The notes: generated by a model from the letters alone, not told the origin. 55,537 nt of DNA from Schmidtea nova (GCA_044892505.1 CM097883.1:111918464-111974000), one strand, 5' to 3'. Shown: positions 23,856-38,582, numbered from the stretch's first letter. Numbers and translations: made by a program.

Positions 23856-25236
23856 CCCGGGTCTACCAAAAGTCTCCAGTCTACATGTTGCAGTTCATAA
23901 TGAACGTCTGCAGTGCAAATATGAACAGTAATTGGAACAAATGTCGCCAAAACCTTCAACATGCTGCATGCGCACATATACACACGCACGCACGTACTCT
24001 CACACAGACACACACAGAATATGACTACTCACACCAGACACACAACAGTGATAACAGTGAGTCATGTTAATGAAGGATTGTCACTTTCTTAGAATATGGC
24101 TACTCGGAGAGAGCTTACAGACTTTCAGAAAGGCATTATTTACGGATGTTACCTTTGTTGAAGAAGTCAAAGTGAAACTGCTGCATTGACTGGCCATTCC
24201 AAAGGAACTATTAACTACTTCCTGAGAAAGTACCGCCAGGAGCTGACACATGTCAACAAGCAGCGTTCAGGCCGACCGAAACTTCTGAGCATCCGTACAC
24301 AACGGCAGCTGAAACGACTTGTGGTGGCCCATCTTCGGTTTCACTGTCTAAGTTAGTGTCCACATATAACACTGGCCCTGTGCATGCCAGCATGTCAACC
24401 ATTTGTCGCGCATTACATTTTCATGGTTTCTATGACAGATACTGCACAAGAAAGCCTTTGATTACAGAAACGATTCGTCGTCGTCGCTTAAAGTGGTGCC
24501 AGGAGAGAAGTAGTTTGGACAGTAGAACAATGGCGCTCATTAATTTGGAGTGATGAATCACGTTTCACTCTTTTCAAATCTGATGGACAGCAATTCTGCT
24601 GGCGTCGTGTAGGAGAACAATTTCACCCTGTCTGCATTCAGCCAACTGTGAAATATGGAGGAGGCTCCGTCGTGTTTTGGAGTCTTTTCTCAGCTCGTGG
24701 AACTGGTTCTCTAGTGAAGTGCAGCAATCACACGACATCGGCGGAATACCGTGCCATTCTGGGAAATGAGCTTGTTCCCTTTCTCCCAGAAATTGAGGGG
24801 CTCATTTTCCAACAGGATAATGCACCAATCCATACTTCGCACATTATGAAGGAATTCATTCTGCAGCACAGCATAAACGTTTTGGATTGGGTTACACAAA
24901 GCCCTGATCTGAATCCTAGTGAGTTTCTGTAGGACATCCTTGGTAGACGAGTTCGCAAAAGAATTCAAATTGCCCGTAACGCCTCCGAACTGGAAACGCA
25001 TCTGCATGAGGAATGGTCACACATCTCCCCTGATTTCTTGGCAAAAGTGGTCAATAATTGCCTAAACGAGTTTGCCTTGTTATCCAGATGAAAAGTAATA
25101 TAACGAAGTACTAACTATTTCAGAACTATAGACATTCAGTATTCGTGTGTGTTTGTGACATTTGTTCCCATTACTATTCATTATAAACTGCAATATGTAA
25201 ATAACTGCTTGACTGGAGACTTTTGGTAGGCCTGGG
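23856..25236 (+). mobile_element. Tc1-family transposon, full length, degenerate
   Basis: 26-bp outer TIRs CCC(G/A)GG(T/C)CTACCAAAAGTCTCCAGTC with more diverged inner extension; TA TSDs at 23854-55 and 25237-38. Confidence 0.9.
24096..25114 (+). pseudogene. Tc1 DD34E transposase with stops and frameshifts
   Basis: MATRRELTDFQKG, RSGRPKLLS, RKPL, WSDESRF, VKYGGGSVVFW, FQQDNAPIH-34 aa-SPDLNPSE, terminal TKY*. Confidence 0.9.
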
Positions 25237-26218
25237 TATATTTTATTTATTATAATTCTATTGCAAGTAAAAAAAATTATTCAAATCCCCATTTAGGGAT
25301 TTTGGGTAGTGAATGAGTTAATATTTTCAAAAAAATAATTATACTACCGAATTCACTGACAAAAGGTAAAATAATCAAAACAAATTCTACGTCTTTGAAT
25401 GAATAAAAAATACCGAAACAAATAAACAGTTTTGATTTATTAGGATGCCCTTCGGAGTATCAACAACTGCAGAAATCTTTCCAAATCTAATAGGTGGCAA
25501 GCTGACAAGCAGCTAGTCTTTCAGAGAAAATTAAACAATTAAAGATAAATCTTTCTAAATGTCGATTTTTAAACAATAAAGTAAAGAAACCTATAAATCT
25601 AATCAACTTTTTTTAACAAAATTTTATATATTGCAAATTATTGTTAAAATTTATGTTGAAACTGTGGAAGGTAAAAAAGAACTAGAAAAAAGAATGTTAA
25701 ACTATTGCAACCTTTAAGTTAAATAATATAGGATAGAAGCTTTACTGAAGATTGTCGAGACGATTCTAAATATTTAGAAATGTTATGTGTATAAAAAGTT
25801 AAAAGGTCCATTTCAAAAAAGTGATGTACAAATTAGAAACGATTTTTAAAATATCATTATTATCTCTTATTTTTACATCAGATCTTTTCGTTTCTATTTC
25901 AGAAATTTGCATTGTTTTATAGATTATTTACCAAATTTTGTAAAAATATATTTGATCTCTAGTCTTTAATGAAAACGATTTTTAAAGATGTTTTTACTAT
26001 TTATTTTGTAAATTATCAGGATTTGTTTCGAGCCTAAAACTATAAAAACTCCATATTGAAAGGTTTGTTGTACAAAACCTTATTGTACGATACTTAAAAC
26101 TGTATACTTTTTAATAAACGAAAAAAACATTAAAACCCAGTTTAATTCATTAGAATGACAAATTAAAAAAAATAATTATCAGTTGAGTTAGATTTTAAAA
26201 ATTTATTCTTCGTCCAAA

Positions 26219-26272
26219 TAACAAAATACAATATAAATAAATTTATTTATTTATTTATATTGTATTTTGTTA
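26219..26272. repeat. Perfect AT-rich palindrome, 24-bp arms, 6-nt spacer
   Basis: TAACAAAATACAATATAAATAAAT-TTATTT-ATTTATTTATATTGTATTTTGTTA. Confidence 0.9.
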
Positions 26273-27731
26273 ATTTTAAAATTCGTTTTTTACGATTTTT
26301 ACAATAAATAATTTAAAAAGAAAAGATACCGTGTTTTCTCATTATGCTTAGATTATTAAAATGCAAGAACAAAATCAATTCGTTTTGGAGAATTTTTTGA
26401 AAAAATCCGCAACATGAAATGAAACCGATAAATTTTGCTGATAACTTAACTCATTAAAACAAAAAGGATGAAAATTTTATAACTATAATTATATTTTATT
26501 TTTGACTTATTTGAAATAAATTTTAAAATTTTTTTATCGTTATATTGTTATTATTTTGAAATATTTTAAAGAATTACTAATACAGAAATGTTCTTCTCTA
26601 AATTTTAAAATGTAATTCCCATTATTTTGGTTAGAAATGTATTCAATTATGCATGTTCTTTTTACGCAAAGAAAAGTTTTAATTTCTGCTATTTGTAATG
26701 CAATTTATCATACCGATTCAGTGAGTCAGACATCGATGTAAAAATAATTTTCATATTTGTTTCGAAAATTTTAAATACCATGCTAAAAGTTTATTTTTCA
26801 GTTTTAAGTCAAGGAAATATGTAAATAAATTAATTCGAATCAATTCCAGTTTGGTTTCGCTCTCTAATTTGATTGACATTTTCGGTAAATGAATTTGTCC
26901 ATGATCAGATTTTGACTGGTTTTTGATAATCGAAAGATTTAGACAACATTTTTTTTTAATTTTAAATTTTATGTTTTCTCAAGAAATGTAAATGTTGTTT
27001 TAATAATACTCCGACTTTCAATTTGAAAATGTAGTAAATATTTGGATTTAATTTCGCCATGCAATATCTCAAAGAAATTAAAATATTTATTGTTTTAATT
27101 TGCGCTGGATTTTTAGAATAGAAATATTCAATTTTTATAATTGGATAAATGATACCCAAAATTTATCTCAATGTCAATATTTATTTACCATTTAGAATAG
27201 GTTTTCAAAAAAAAACATCTATGAAACTGAATATAAATCCCATAAATCCATTTTAATTGGCTTTGAATAATAATAAAATCTAGTTCTGCTTTATTCCGTT
27301 TCGAAGCGATTGACAAGCATCTATTTCTGTAAATGCGTTTGTGGAGCAATTTATTTTCTGATTTATTGCATGCTATTCTACATAAACATTGTATGAAATA
27401 TTTTGACAAAAATCATTTGTAATTCAGGATCCCGATCAATTAGTTCGGTCAGGTAAAACTTTATTTAATGATATTGTAGTCGTAAATTGTTGTCTTTTGA
27501 TTTTTAGTCATTTTTATTGAATTACTTTTTAAATTTATAATTTTGTTTTGTATGTTCGTTGATGTATCATTTCAATGTTTTCATTGTAAGAAATAAAAAG
27601 AAAAATTAACTCTGTATCGAATGAGATGTTTTCTGATTAACATATTTTTACAGATTAAGGTATAAAGTGCAAAATAATATGAATTTTAATATCAATCTTA
27701 AATAATTTGTTATTTAAAAATTTATTTATTG

Positions 27732-27783
<52 letters not shown>
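27732..27783 (+). repeat. (AAT)n microsatellite
   Basis: About 17 units. Also (TTA)n at about 30704-30770 and (TA)n at about 11569-11613, 15714-15746 and 38544-38581. Confidence 0.9.
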
Positions 27784-27784
<1 letters not shown>

Positions 27785-30700
27785 TAGTCAAGATTGACGA
27801 GGATTATTTTATAATCGAAAATTTTCTCAATAAAATTATTTTTGCAGCAAAGGCTTATTTTGTTACTTATTTATTAATTAATTTAATACTTAATGCTGCT
27901 ACCAAGGAANNNNNNNNNNNNNNNNNNNNNNNNNNNNNNNNNNNNNNNNNNNNNNNNNNNNNNNNNNNNNNNNNNNNNNNNNNNNNNNNNNNNNNNNNNN
28001 NNNNNNNNNNNNNNNNNNNNNNNNNNNNNNNNNNNNNNNNNNNNNNNNNNNNNNNNNNNNNNNNNNNNNNNNNNNNNNNNNNNNNNNNNNNNNNNNNNNN
28101 NNNNNNNNNNNNNNNNNNNNNNNNNNNNNNNNNNNNNNNNNNNNNNNNNNTAATAATAATTCGTTTTACATTATTTTTTAAACTTAACTATAATATTTAA
28201 AATATATAATATTATCAAATCATATATTTTCATATATTTTGTATATTACGGAGCTTGTAACTTCATTGACAAATGTAAATATAAACATTATTTCAATAAT
28301 AATTTTAGTGCACATCCATTATGAATAAACCATCGAAATCCAAGTCAATAAATAGAGATTTTGTTTTAGTTAAGATGTCAATTATTTGTTAAACTTTTGG
28401 AGAATAATTAAACCATAAATTTATTTTATTTTCAATTTTTAAAATGATTCTGAATCAAGAATTGAAAAATTTTAATTATTACGTATTTTTTATTTTATCC
28501 AATTTTTGTCTTTTCTATCTGATTATAAAAATTTTAATTTCTTAGTAGTTACTAATTATTCTATTTCAGAAATTTTCTTTTATTTTTTCATATAAAAACT
28601 ATATATCAAAAGTTTTTATTTAAAAATTAGCACACGAATTTAAAAAAAAATAATCTTTAGTCTTTATATAAAAAAATAAATGAAAATTTCTTAAATAGAT
28701 AAGAAAAGATGAAAATTGAATAAAATAAAATTTGTAAATTATATTAATTTTTAATATTAAGTTTGGTTTTTTTATTTTCCATTTGTATCGAATTTTGATT
28801 GATAATTACCCCATTTTTCATCGGCACTATTCAGAGTCCATTATTAAGTTTTTGCATATTGTGAAAGGTTATTCGGTAATTGACGATCCACATTTATGAA
28901 ATGGAACATTGATGATATATTTCATGTTCATTTTGTACGCTTTTCTCGTATTTTGCCATTGACTGTTGGATTTTTCTCTTTTTTTGGAAGTTATATTTTA
29001 TTGACATAATACGTAATTGAATCTAGTAAAGGAAATTATTTTCCTAGACAGAAAATTTTGCAAATATAATTTTTTGCGTTTATTTTACTAAAGCTAATGA
29101 AGATTTTATTATTTTCTTAATCATTTTTATAGTCAAAATTAAAAATAAATAGGAATATTTTATACGAAAATTTGATTTTAATTAAATTATATACTCAGAT
29201 ATTGGATTAAATACATGAAAATTAAAAATATCATTTATTAACTAAATAAAATTAATTAACTTAAATAATAAAAATTGATTTTATTAAAATATAATGGACG
29301 AAATTTTCAAATTTTTTTTTATGAAAATTATTTTGCACTTTATACCTTAATCTGTAAAAATATGTTAATCATAAAAAATATTAATCATAAATTTTTGAAA
29401 AAAATCAGTTTATTATAAATACAGCAATGCGCGAAACTGAGAAAAAAAATTAAAATATATTTAAATATAAAGTGCAAACTTAGGATTTTTGTTAAACTAA
29501 TATATTTATGTTAAAGTGTGCACTTCATTTTTATTTGTAAGTCATCTTATCTATTTTTATATATTTTCGTTTTTTCACCGTCTGAAATTAAGAAACCTAT
29601 AAGTGACATTTTTGAAAAATAAATTATTAAAGCCGCAGGATGAAGAGCAGATTTATCAAATTTACGTATGCATTGTAAAACGCTTACAAATTAGTTATTT
29701 TAAAAAAATTATCATATTTTTGTGGTATTACCTTTGTCAGATGTTTCTAGAGACAATTATAAGTCATACTCCCTAAATGTCACATATTCTCTTTGAATCT
29801 ATCAGAATGTAAATCACTAGTATTATCATTAAAATTTTGCTATTTTTCTTTATTTTTCTTTGAATTATAGATTTGTAATTTTATTTACTTTTTTCCTGTA
29901 GCTTTTAAATAAATACGTTAACCTTAACCTATGTCTTCGCCATTTTTTTCTTTCTTTGTATTTAAGAATTTTTTACAATATTGAAGTTAAGATTCAAGAA
30001 TGACTCTTTTATATAGTATTTGCTTTTATTTAATTATTTGTATTGCTATTCTTTTTAATAAACTCTATAACAAAAGTTGAAACGTTTCATTATTTAAACA
30101 AGCGTCTAAAGTTTATAGTCTAGTTCTAAAAAGTGTCAAAGTTTTCTAAACAAGAAAAGAGTGATATTCATTGAAAAAGTTGGAAAATAATTTTTTATAA
30201 ACAAAATTCAGATAATTAAAAACTTGTCTGGTTTATAGCTTCGTCGTTCAATGACGCGAATATCATAAATTAATTACCAAATTAAGTGTATTATTCAAAT
30301 AAACAACATATCAAAATGTCACTTATACAAATTACGGTTCTTTAGAGATAGATGAAGTTTAGTTTTTCAAAATTTTATAATAAATAAATTAGAAATTTTA
30401 GTAATTCAGTTAATTAAATTTAAAAATATGAATGTAGTTATTATTTCGTTTATCTTGATTATGGCAGTCTATCACGCTTGTAAAAGGTAGCACCAAAAGC
30501 TTCAGTTAAATTGAAAGCATTTTTCTTTTATTTGACAGAATAAAAATAAACGAAATCATAAATAACATATCAAAGATGACAAAAATAAAAGATTTTAATG
30601 AATTTAATTATTTTAATTACTAACTATTATTATTATTATTATTGTTAATTGTTTGTTATTGTATATTATATTTAAAAGGTTACTCTTCTGTGTTATAAAA

Positions 30701-30756
<56 letters not shown>

Positions 30757-30769
<13 letters not shown>

Positions 30770-30888
30770 CAATAATTCTCATAATGACTATAGATCAAAA
30801 TTTTTTTTTATAAACAATATTGTGTTATTGTTTATAAAAAAAAATTTTGATCTATAGTCATTATGAGAATTATTGATAATAATAATAA
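30757..30888. repeat. Perfect palindrome, 63-bp arms, 6-nt loop, made of two inverted hammerhead-repeat leaders
   Basis: Arms 30757-30819 and 30826-30888 are exact reverse complements, including the T9/A9 runs; loop TTGTGT. Confidence 0.95.
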
Positions 30889-33800
30889 AAAAAGATCAAA
30901 GGTNNNNNNNNNNNNNNNNNNNNNNNNNNNNNNNNNNNNNNNNNNNNNNNNNNNNNNNNNNNNNNNNNNNNNNNNNNNNNNNNNNNNNNNNNNNNNNNNN
31001 NNNNNNNNNNNNNNNNNNNNNNNNNNNNNNNNNNNNNNNNNNNNNNNNNNNNNNNNNNNNNNNNNNNNNNNNNNNNNNNNNNNNNNNNNNNNNNNNNNNN
31101 NNNNNNNNNNNNNNNNNNNNNNNNNNNNNNNNNNNNNNNTTTTAGTAAAAAAATTTAAAATGAAATTAAAATTTATAAATGAAAGTAGCAATAAATTTTC
31201 AATGTATCTGATCATTTAATTAATTCAGCATTTTCTAATAAACTTCAAAGTAAATTTTTGAAATGGATAATTTATCTGACGATTAGACTAATTGATATAA
31301 TAATATTCTCGAAATTCCTAAAGTATAATTCCTAAAACTTTAATTAGAAAAACGTCTTAAGGATATATATAAATCCTTTTAATGAATCTCCTTCTTTTCA
31401 AACACCCTTAAACAGCAGGCTTAGATAGGTTTCAAGAACATAAAGCTAATTAGTGCTTCCATTCCGCAGTCTAAAATATTTTCAGATTAAAAAAATTTCT
31501 ATTCATTTCATTTTAATTAAGTCTACTAAAATATTTTCAATTACTTAAACGTGGAATTTTTCAACAGAAATTGTTTCTGGAAATGGTTTATTTAAATAGG
31601 TTTTTTGGAAAGTGTCATTTAACACCTTTCTTTTGCATTTTTACCGTATTACATTATCTAGCGATATTTTGATTTGTGCTACCAGCTGACAGGTTATGAT
31701 TTATTATTTCATTTATTTTTCAGATAAAATAAATCAAATTGAAAATCAAATGAAAAAAATAATTAAAATTTAACTTATTTAAATGCCAGTTTTTGTAAAT
31801 TATTAAAAGTATGGTGCAACTCTGTTAAGAGCTGTAGNNNNNNNNNNNNNNNNNNNNNNNNNNNNNNNNNNNNNNNNNNNNNNNNNNNNNNNNNNNNNNN
31901 NNNNNNNNNNNNNNNNNNNNNNNNNNNNNNNNNNNNNNNNNNNNNNNNNNNNNNNNNNNNNNNNNNNNNNNNNNNNNNNNNNNNNNNNNNNNNNNNNNNN
32001 NNNAAATATTTGTTTTAATGAAGCTATTGTGTGAAGTAGAAGAGGTTGAATTAATTGTTTTCTTTTGACTTGATTATTGTGTTGTCAACTTTACCATGAA
32101 CTTTTAAAAGGAATGATTATCCTTTATATTACAAAAATGCATTTTTCTAAAAAAAAGTAATAATATATTTCTAATAATAAACATTTCTTTGATTTTTTTC
32201 ACCTTTGATCTATTTTTGCTATTTCACATATTTTGATTTTTAAGACATTAAATCAAAGTTATTATAAAAAGATTAGCTCAATAGCATATACATTATTATT
32301 GTGATCAAAACTCAGTGGATAAATAACATGCATGACATTTATTTTTTTTATAAAGGCTATTGATGAAAATTTATATATTTAGGCACACAAATTTTTAATC
32401 TATAGGTTTTAAATAAAACAATTAATGACAATTTCTGAAATAGAAAAAAACAGATAAAAGATGAACAAATTGTAAGATGTTAATGAAATAATAAAATAAT
32501 GAAATTCTAAATATTTCGATGAAACGATTTAATACATTAATTCACTATTACTCAATTTTTTATAAGAAATCTAAAGAAATTTCATGATATTACAATTAAA
32601 TTGACATAAAACAGTTACAAACTCACGCTAAAATTAATATCTTTGTCATAACCTTATTGTATGTATGCATCTTATCTATAGGCGTTTTTACTATTAAGGT
32701 GGTCTCTCACTTATGCACATTTCCATGCACATTATTCCCCTAACCCAATTCACTAGATCACAATCTATTGGGCAGAAGACCTACCTACAGTTCTTATGAG
32801 CTTGAGAAATTGCACAAGGAGAGAAGGCAAACCATCAGCTACCCAATTACCATATTTCTGAGTTGTAATTTGAAATTTTCTATGGTAATTTAATGTTTGG
32901 AAAAATTTGCGCAGGGATCCGCCCTCTTTTCAGGTTTCTTTTGAAAAGTTTTAAATTAATTTTATCCTTCAGAAAATTTGCGTAGAGATCTGTTGTGTAG
33001 AGATCTTGGTAAGATCACCAAGAATTTTCTTTAGGAAGTCTTCCCTTGTTTAACTCTTATTTATGCCCCAATTCTCAAAGTTCATAGGAGAAATAAACCT
33101 AAGGAGGACAATAACCCTGATCATAGCCCATTTTATCCAATCGAAAGATTTTAGATGCAACTTTATTACTCCATAAGACCATTCCGGAGAAATGTAAATA
33201 GCTTATTTTCATAGACTAGTTCGTCGACAGAATAAACTCTGAAAGAAAGGTTCAAGTGCTCTTTCAGACTACATATCTTCCACTTTCTCATTCATTTATT
33301 ATGGGAGTCAAATTATCTGAATGAGGATCATGAGTCAGAGCTTAAAATTGAAAAATAAAATGAAAAGTGGAAAAAATTATTTGACATAAAAATTTAACTT
33401 TTAATTACGATTACAAAAGTATAAAATACACACTTGTTTCTGTAGATTAGCATGCAATAAAGAAAAAATTTGATGTAGTTCCGCTTACTTATGAAACTTG
33501 ACTGGTAACAGCAAAATTGAATTAATAATTTTAGTGTCGTATTTATACTAAATTTTAAGTGATGGCCACGCATTCTGTTGTCGATCTTCATCTGATGTGT
33601 GTATAATTTGTCTCGCAAATATTATGAGTTATACGCAGATAAGTTCACATAATTTTAGATTTGGCAGCGAACACCTACATATGAATTTGTTTTTCTTGGT
33701 GCAAAATAAATTTATTTTAATTTTTAATAATTTTATTTATTTCTAACCATTTTTATCTTATCGCCATAATAACATGTGTGTATCCTTCTTATTGTCGTGT

Positions 33801-35708
33801 TAGATGTTACCGCTCATTAAATAATTCTTTTTAAACAATATATTAATTTATTTCAATTTCTTATTCTGTTTGGATGATTTTGCAGATATTTTGATGAGAG
33901 TTTTTCTATAATTTTTTAAAAATTTATTTCTTTTATTTTAATATTATTTTTTTGACTTCGTGTATTGTTACTTCCCCTATCAATTTGCTTCCAGTTTTTC
34001 TTATATAAAGTCGTTCTGCAATCAAATTGTGGGATCTCTTTTGATATGCCTCTTTTTTTATCGTTTTCTCTGTATTGACAGTCTTACGAAATGCGGATTT
34101 TTATGCCTACTCTGTTGGTGCTTGCAAACTCTTGCGTTTTAAGATTTTATTTATTCATTTTTATTGATTCTATTATGCTATGTTCTTATTTTGAGTCATT
34201 TAATGTTATAACGAATTTTAAGTTAACATCTTGTAGTTGCGTGTGTATTTTCGACACATTTAAGCAATGAGAAAGTTTCGCTTGTTGTTGATCCAACACA
34301 TTTGAATGTAATTTCTACGGTCAATAAAAAGAAAAAAAGATACTTTGATAATGGAGCGAGAAATTTAACATTTCATTGACTGTTAAGAAATTCTGAATGT
34401 AATCTTCAAGAAATAGCAAATGAGACAACAATTGAAAAATTTTAGAAATTTTTGTCAAATGTAGAGGAAAATACTATAACAAAAGAAAGTGAATTTGCTA
34501 TCGATTAGTCTGAGATTGATGAAAGATGCAACAAACCATGTCCAACATGAACTCGAGTTATAAATTAAAAATTCCGAACTAATATGAATGTATGACTACT
34601 TGAAAAGGGTGAAAAATAGAAATATTTGAGTATAACCTCGCTAAATTGAGGGTGATTTGCAAATATTTTAAATTTAGACATTGTAAAAGATAAAAGTTAT
34701 AAGATGAGAAGTTGACATGTTGCTGCCATAAAAACTGAAATGAAATGTCCATTTTCCATTTTAAAGAACGTGCTTATCATCAAGAAATATAATAATTGCA
34801 CACTCACCTTAAATTTGGATGATCATTCTTTTCCTATGCTTTTTCAGAAATTTTCAAGTTTGAAAGAGTCGTATTCGGTTTTTAAGGAAACAAATAATGT
34901 AGGCTAAGTATTGCTATAAAATTAATTTTAATAATATTTGCTAATTAAAACAATTTATTTTTTTCTATTTTTGTAATTTAAAACTTAAGAACAATATCAT
35001 TAACATTTTTTATTTGGTTTATCTTTTATCTTTTCTTTTATATGTCAAATATTTTCATCAAAACCAACTTGGCAAAAGCAGGACCGATAATCTGTGTACC
35101 TATAATAAACATTTGATTGAGTCTTTTAAAATAAAATTAAAAAAAAAATTTTAATAAAATATTTATACAATTTAGAATTTTATTTGCTAATTTATTGAAA
35201 ATTAATGATCCTAAAAGCTTATATATTATTGCAAAACTGATTTCTTAATATTACCACCTAATGGCTTGTCTGATCTATATATACATATAAAATCAGTGAA
35301 TCACCGGCAAGATTGATTCTGATATTTTACAATTTATTATTTCCTCTATCTAATTCCATTTATATTTAAGCCAAAAAAATAGACAATTATTTTTTGACAT
35401 AATTTATTTCGATTTTTTAAAAGAATTTTAAGAATATTAACACGTTTACGGATATGTTTAACATGGTTTATTTAACATGGTTTAGAAAAATAAAATAAAA
35501 TTTAATATTTTTAAAATGTTTAATCTATGATTTTTACTTTGATTAAATCATTCTGGAAAGTGAAGTAACAACCATCGCCGATAGTCATCACGGCTTAACT
35601 GATATAATAAGTATCCGTCACAGGTGACCAAGATGGAAGTCAAGAACAATTAAATAAATACTTATTTTAAAACATTTTTCATTGACCGATTAAATAAAAT
35701 CTTTCTAG

Positions 35709-36268
35709 ACCATAACATCATTCAACCGATTGCTGTACTTCCAACCACAGTAACCTCCATTTACGATTCTCACGTCAACTCTAACTCCATAAATTCTTAT
35801 GAAATAAAATCAAAACAATCAAAATTTTCAAAAGATCCACTGCTTGCCAGTGAAATGTTGGGCTATTCAGAGACCCCGATGCAAAATCTTTATCAATATG
35901 ATTTATCAAATTACAACCAATCAAATAATACACCAAAGCCTTCAATCGGTAGCAATAACAGTCCGTCAGCATTCTATCCGTTTACTATGCATTCGAATAG
36001 CGCTACCTCGCAATCTATTTATTTCAATGGAGTTGAATCGACAAACGTGAATTCTTACATCTGGGAATGTTCCAATCAAAATTCCGAATCATCAATTAGC
36101 AATGATCATAGCAACAGTTTTTTATCAATTGATTCTGGATCAGAAACATTCTTTTGCAATCCCGCGTATCCAGATAGTTGCAACTCCTCACAGAAAATAT
36201 ACCTTTCGCCCGAAAGATTTGAAATATTGGAATCTAATCCATGTTTTACTAATATAGAAGGAGAAGAG
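35709..36268 (+). CDS. Candidate Ser/Asn-rich exon of the nuclear receptor
   Basis: TTTCTAG acceptor; 560 nt open with phase-1 entry matching the 21142 exit; GAG|GTATTT donor; contains ORF 35855. Confidence 0.65.
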
Positions 36269-37009
36269 GTATTTTCTTTTCAATATTTTTTTTATATAAA
36301 AAAGAAAATTGTGAAAAAAATTAATTATTAATTTTTACAGTTCTTTTTCAAAAGGTGTCGTGGAAAAATTTAATTATAAAAAAGTGATTATAAAAAAGTC
36401 AAATGCCATAAAAAAATTCAAGCCAGTGTTTTCAGGACACCTAAATCACATAATATATATCATTCTAGTAATGTCGCAACAAGATACAAATTTTTAGATC
36501 TTCAACATCTATTTTATTTGTCTTCAAATGCAGTTTTAATATTAACAATTTTCAGATAAGTAACACAAATGCAATATCNNNNNNNNNNNNNNNNNNNNNN
36601 NNNNNNNNNNNNNNNNNNNNNNNNNNNNNNNNNNNNNNNNNNNNNNNNNNNNNNNNNNNNNNNNNNNNNNNNNNNNNNNNNNNNNNNNNNNNNNNNNNNN
36701 NNNNNNNNNNNNNNNNNNNNNNNNNNNNNNNNNNNNNNNNTTGTGAGTGGCACATGAAAATGTAATAGCACACTTAGAGAAATTTAGAAAAGCATGGCAT
36801 CATCAAATAAATACAATAATATATTCAAAATTTTGTCTTTTTGAAAAATATTTTGAATTAATGTGATAAAAACAAACATTTATTTTATATTTATTCAATA
36901 TATTTCGCGGCATACTTATGAAAAAAGTGGCTATAAATTTTAGGTGTTTGTAGTATTCATTAAGCATAAAATTCAATAGCATGAGTCTGAAAGTGTTTCC
37001 CTTAAAAGT

Positions 37010-37250
37010 TATATACCGTAATGTATGATTAATACAAATACTATTATAAAATGTATTAACATAATTTTATCCACAAAAGATTTTTCATGTCCCTTGTTCA
37101 TTTTATTACACAATGTCGGACACTTCGTCATTGAAAATAGAACAAATTCAAAAATGCCCGACCTTTTTTGTATTTCCTGACAATAGTTTTTAATTCTATA
37201 TCTCAATTCCTCCACAGTATCGACTGATATAATATACACCATACTCTTAA
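37010..37250 (-). mobile_element. Tc1/mariner-superfamily transposase C-terminal remnant
   Basis: VY..VDTVEELRYRI..CQEI....GIFE.V..SM.K...LC...N.GH resembles the end of these transposases. Confidence 0.55.
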
Positions 37251-38538
37251 ATTATTTCCAAAAAAATCTATTGGATTGAAAACTGATGAACGAAGTGGTG
37301 ACGCAACCTACTTCACTTCATCCTTTATCTTTACTTCTAGAACGTTTGTTTAAATATTTTTTAATACTCTTTAGAAAATTGGCAGGACCGCTATAATTTA
37401 TGTTCATTGATTAATGGAATATTTTCCATTAGTTCGGGTAAGTCATTTGTGAGAAAATGAAGATAATTTTTTACTGTCAGTCTATTAGGCAAAATATAAG
37501 ACCTTTAAGAGAAAATGTCATCCGAGAAAATTTCATCCAAACATTAATAGAAAAGTGATACTGGTGCCTCGATACTTAAACTGTGTGAGGATCCTCACCT
37601 TACTAAACATGAATGTTGTTGCCATTATTGATGCCGTTCCTAGTGAAAGCTGATTCATCAGTAAATAAAATTTTATATAAAATCTGTGAATCCTGAGTGC
37701 AACTATTAATGAGTCATTGACAAAAGGTAAACCTTACTTTATAATTATTGTTACATTTATAAAAAAATGCACACTTTTTTTGAAAAAAACATACAAAAAA
37801 CAATTTTTTTATTAAAGAAAATCATCATCATAGCATCATTTTGTCTCATTTATAAGATTTATGAAAATGAACGTGAGTTATATGAAATCAAAATGTACTG
37901 CCTAGCTGTCAGAATAAATTGTTACAAAATTTAAAAAAATCGTTCAATGGTATTTCAATCAAATTGCAAGAAATTTGAATTTTATACTCAAAAAATTAAT
38001 TCTGATTTCATTAGAATACAATGTTGCTAAACATTTCGGCACAGGTGAACTTGTTTTTCTAGATTTTGTCAACATCAAATTTAGACATGTACCTTAAAAG
38101 GTGTTTTTAGTTTTATTTCGTGTATTTTAAATAAATACTTGCTATTCATGTACCAATGTAATTTACTGCATTTGCCACTTTAATGACAATAAAGTATCTG
38201 TCTAAGTTTTACTAGCTATAGCCCACGTATAAAATGACAGAAGTTTGTTTTAAAACTCAATTAAAATACATAATTCTCTGATGCATTAAAATCAATTTTT
38301 ATCTGTTATTGTTTTAATTTATATTCAACAACTTCTAATGATACAAATAGTCCGTACGAAATTTTTTTACTACGAGCGAGCAGAGCACTATCTTCGAATG
38401 TTACTTGGATAGATTTGATTTTTAAATTCAATATTATTTATTATAATAAATTACTTTAATAAAATTTATGTATTACTTATAATAATCAGTTATTAATCAT
38501 AAAGCATTAGAGTCCCTAACATACATACATACCTACCT

Positions 38539-38582
<44 letters not shown>

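Noticed and set aside
32690-34810. TTAA-flanked element (Kolobok/piggyBac-like)
   Set aside because: The putative termini match over only a few bases and no transposase motif was found.
35560-35645. GC-richer stretch as an additional small exon
   Set aside because: No splice-site pair gives a frame compatible with the flanking exons.
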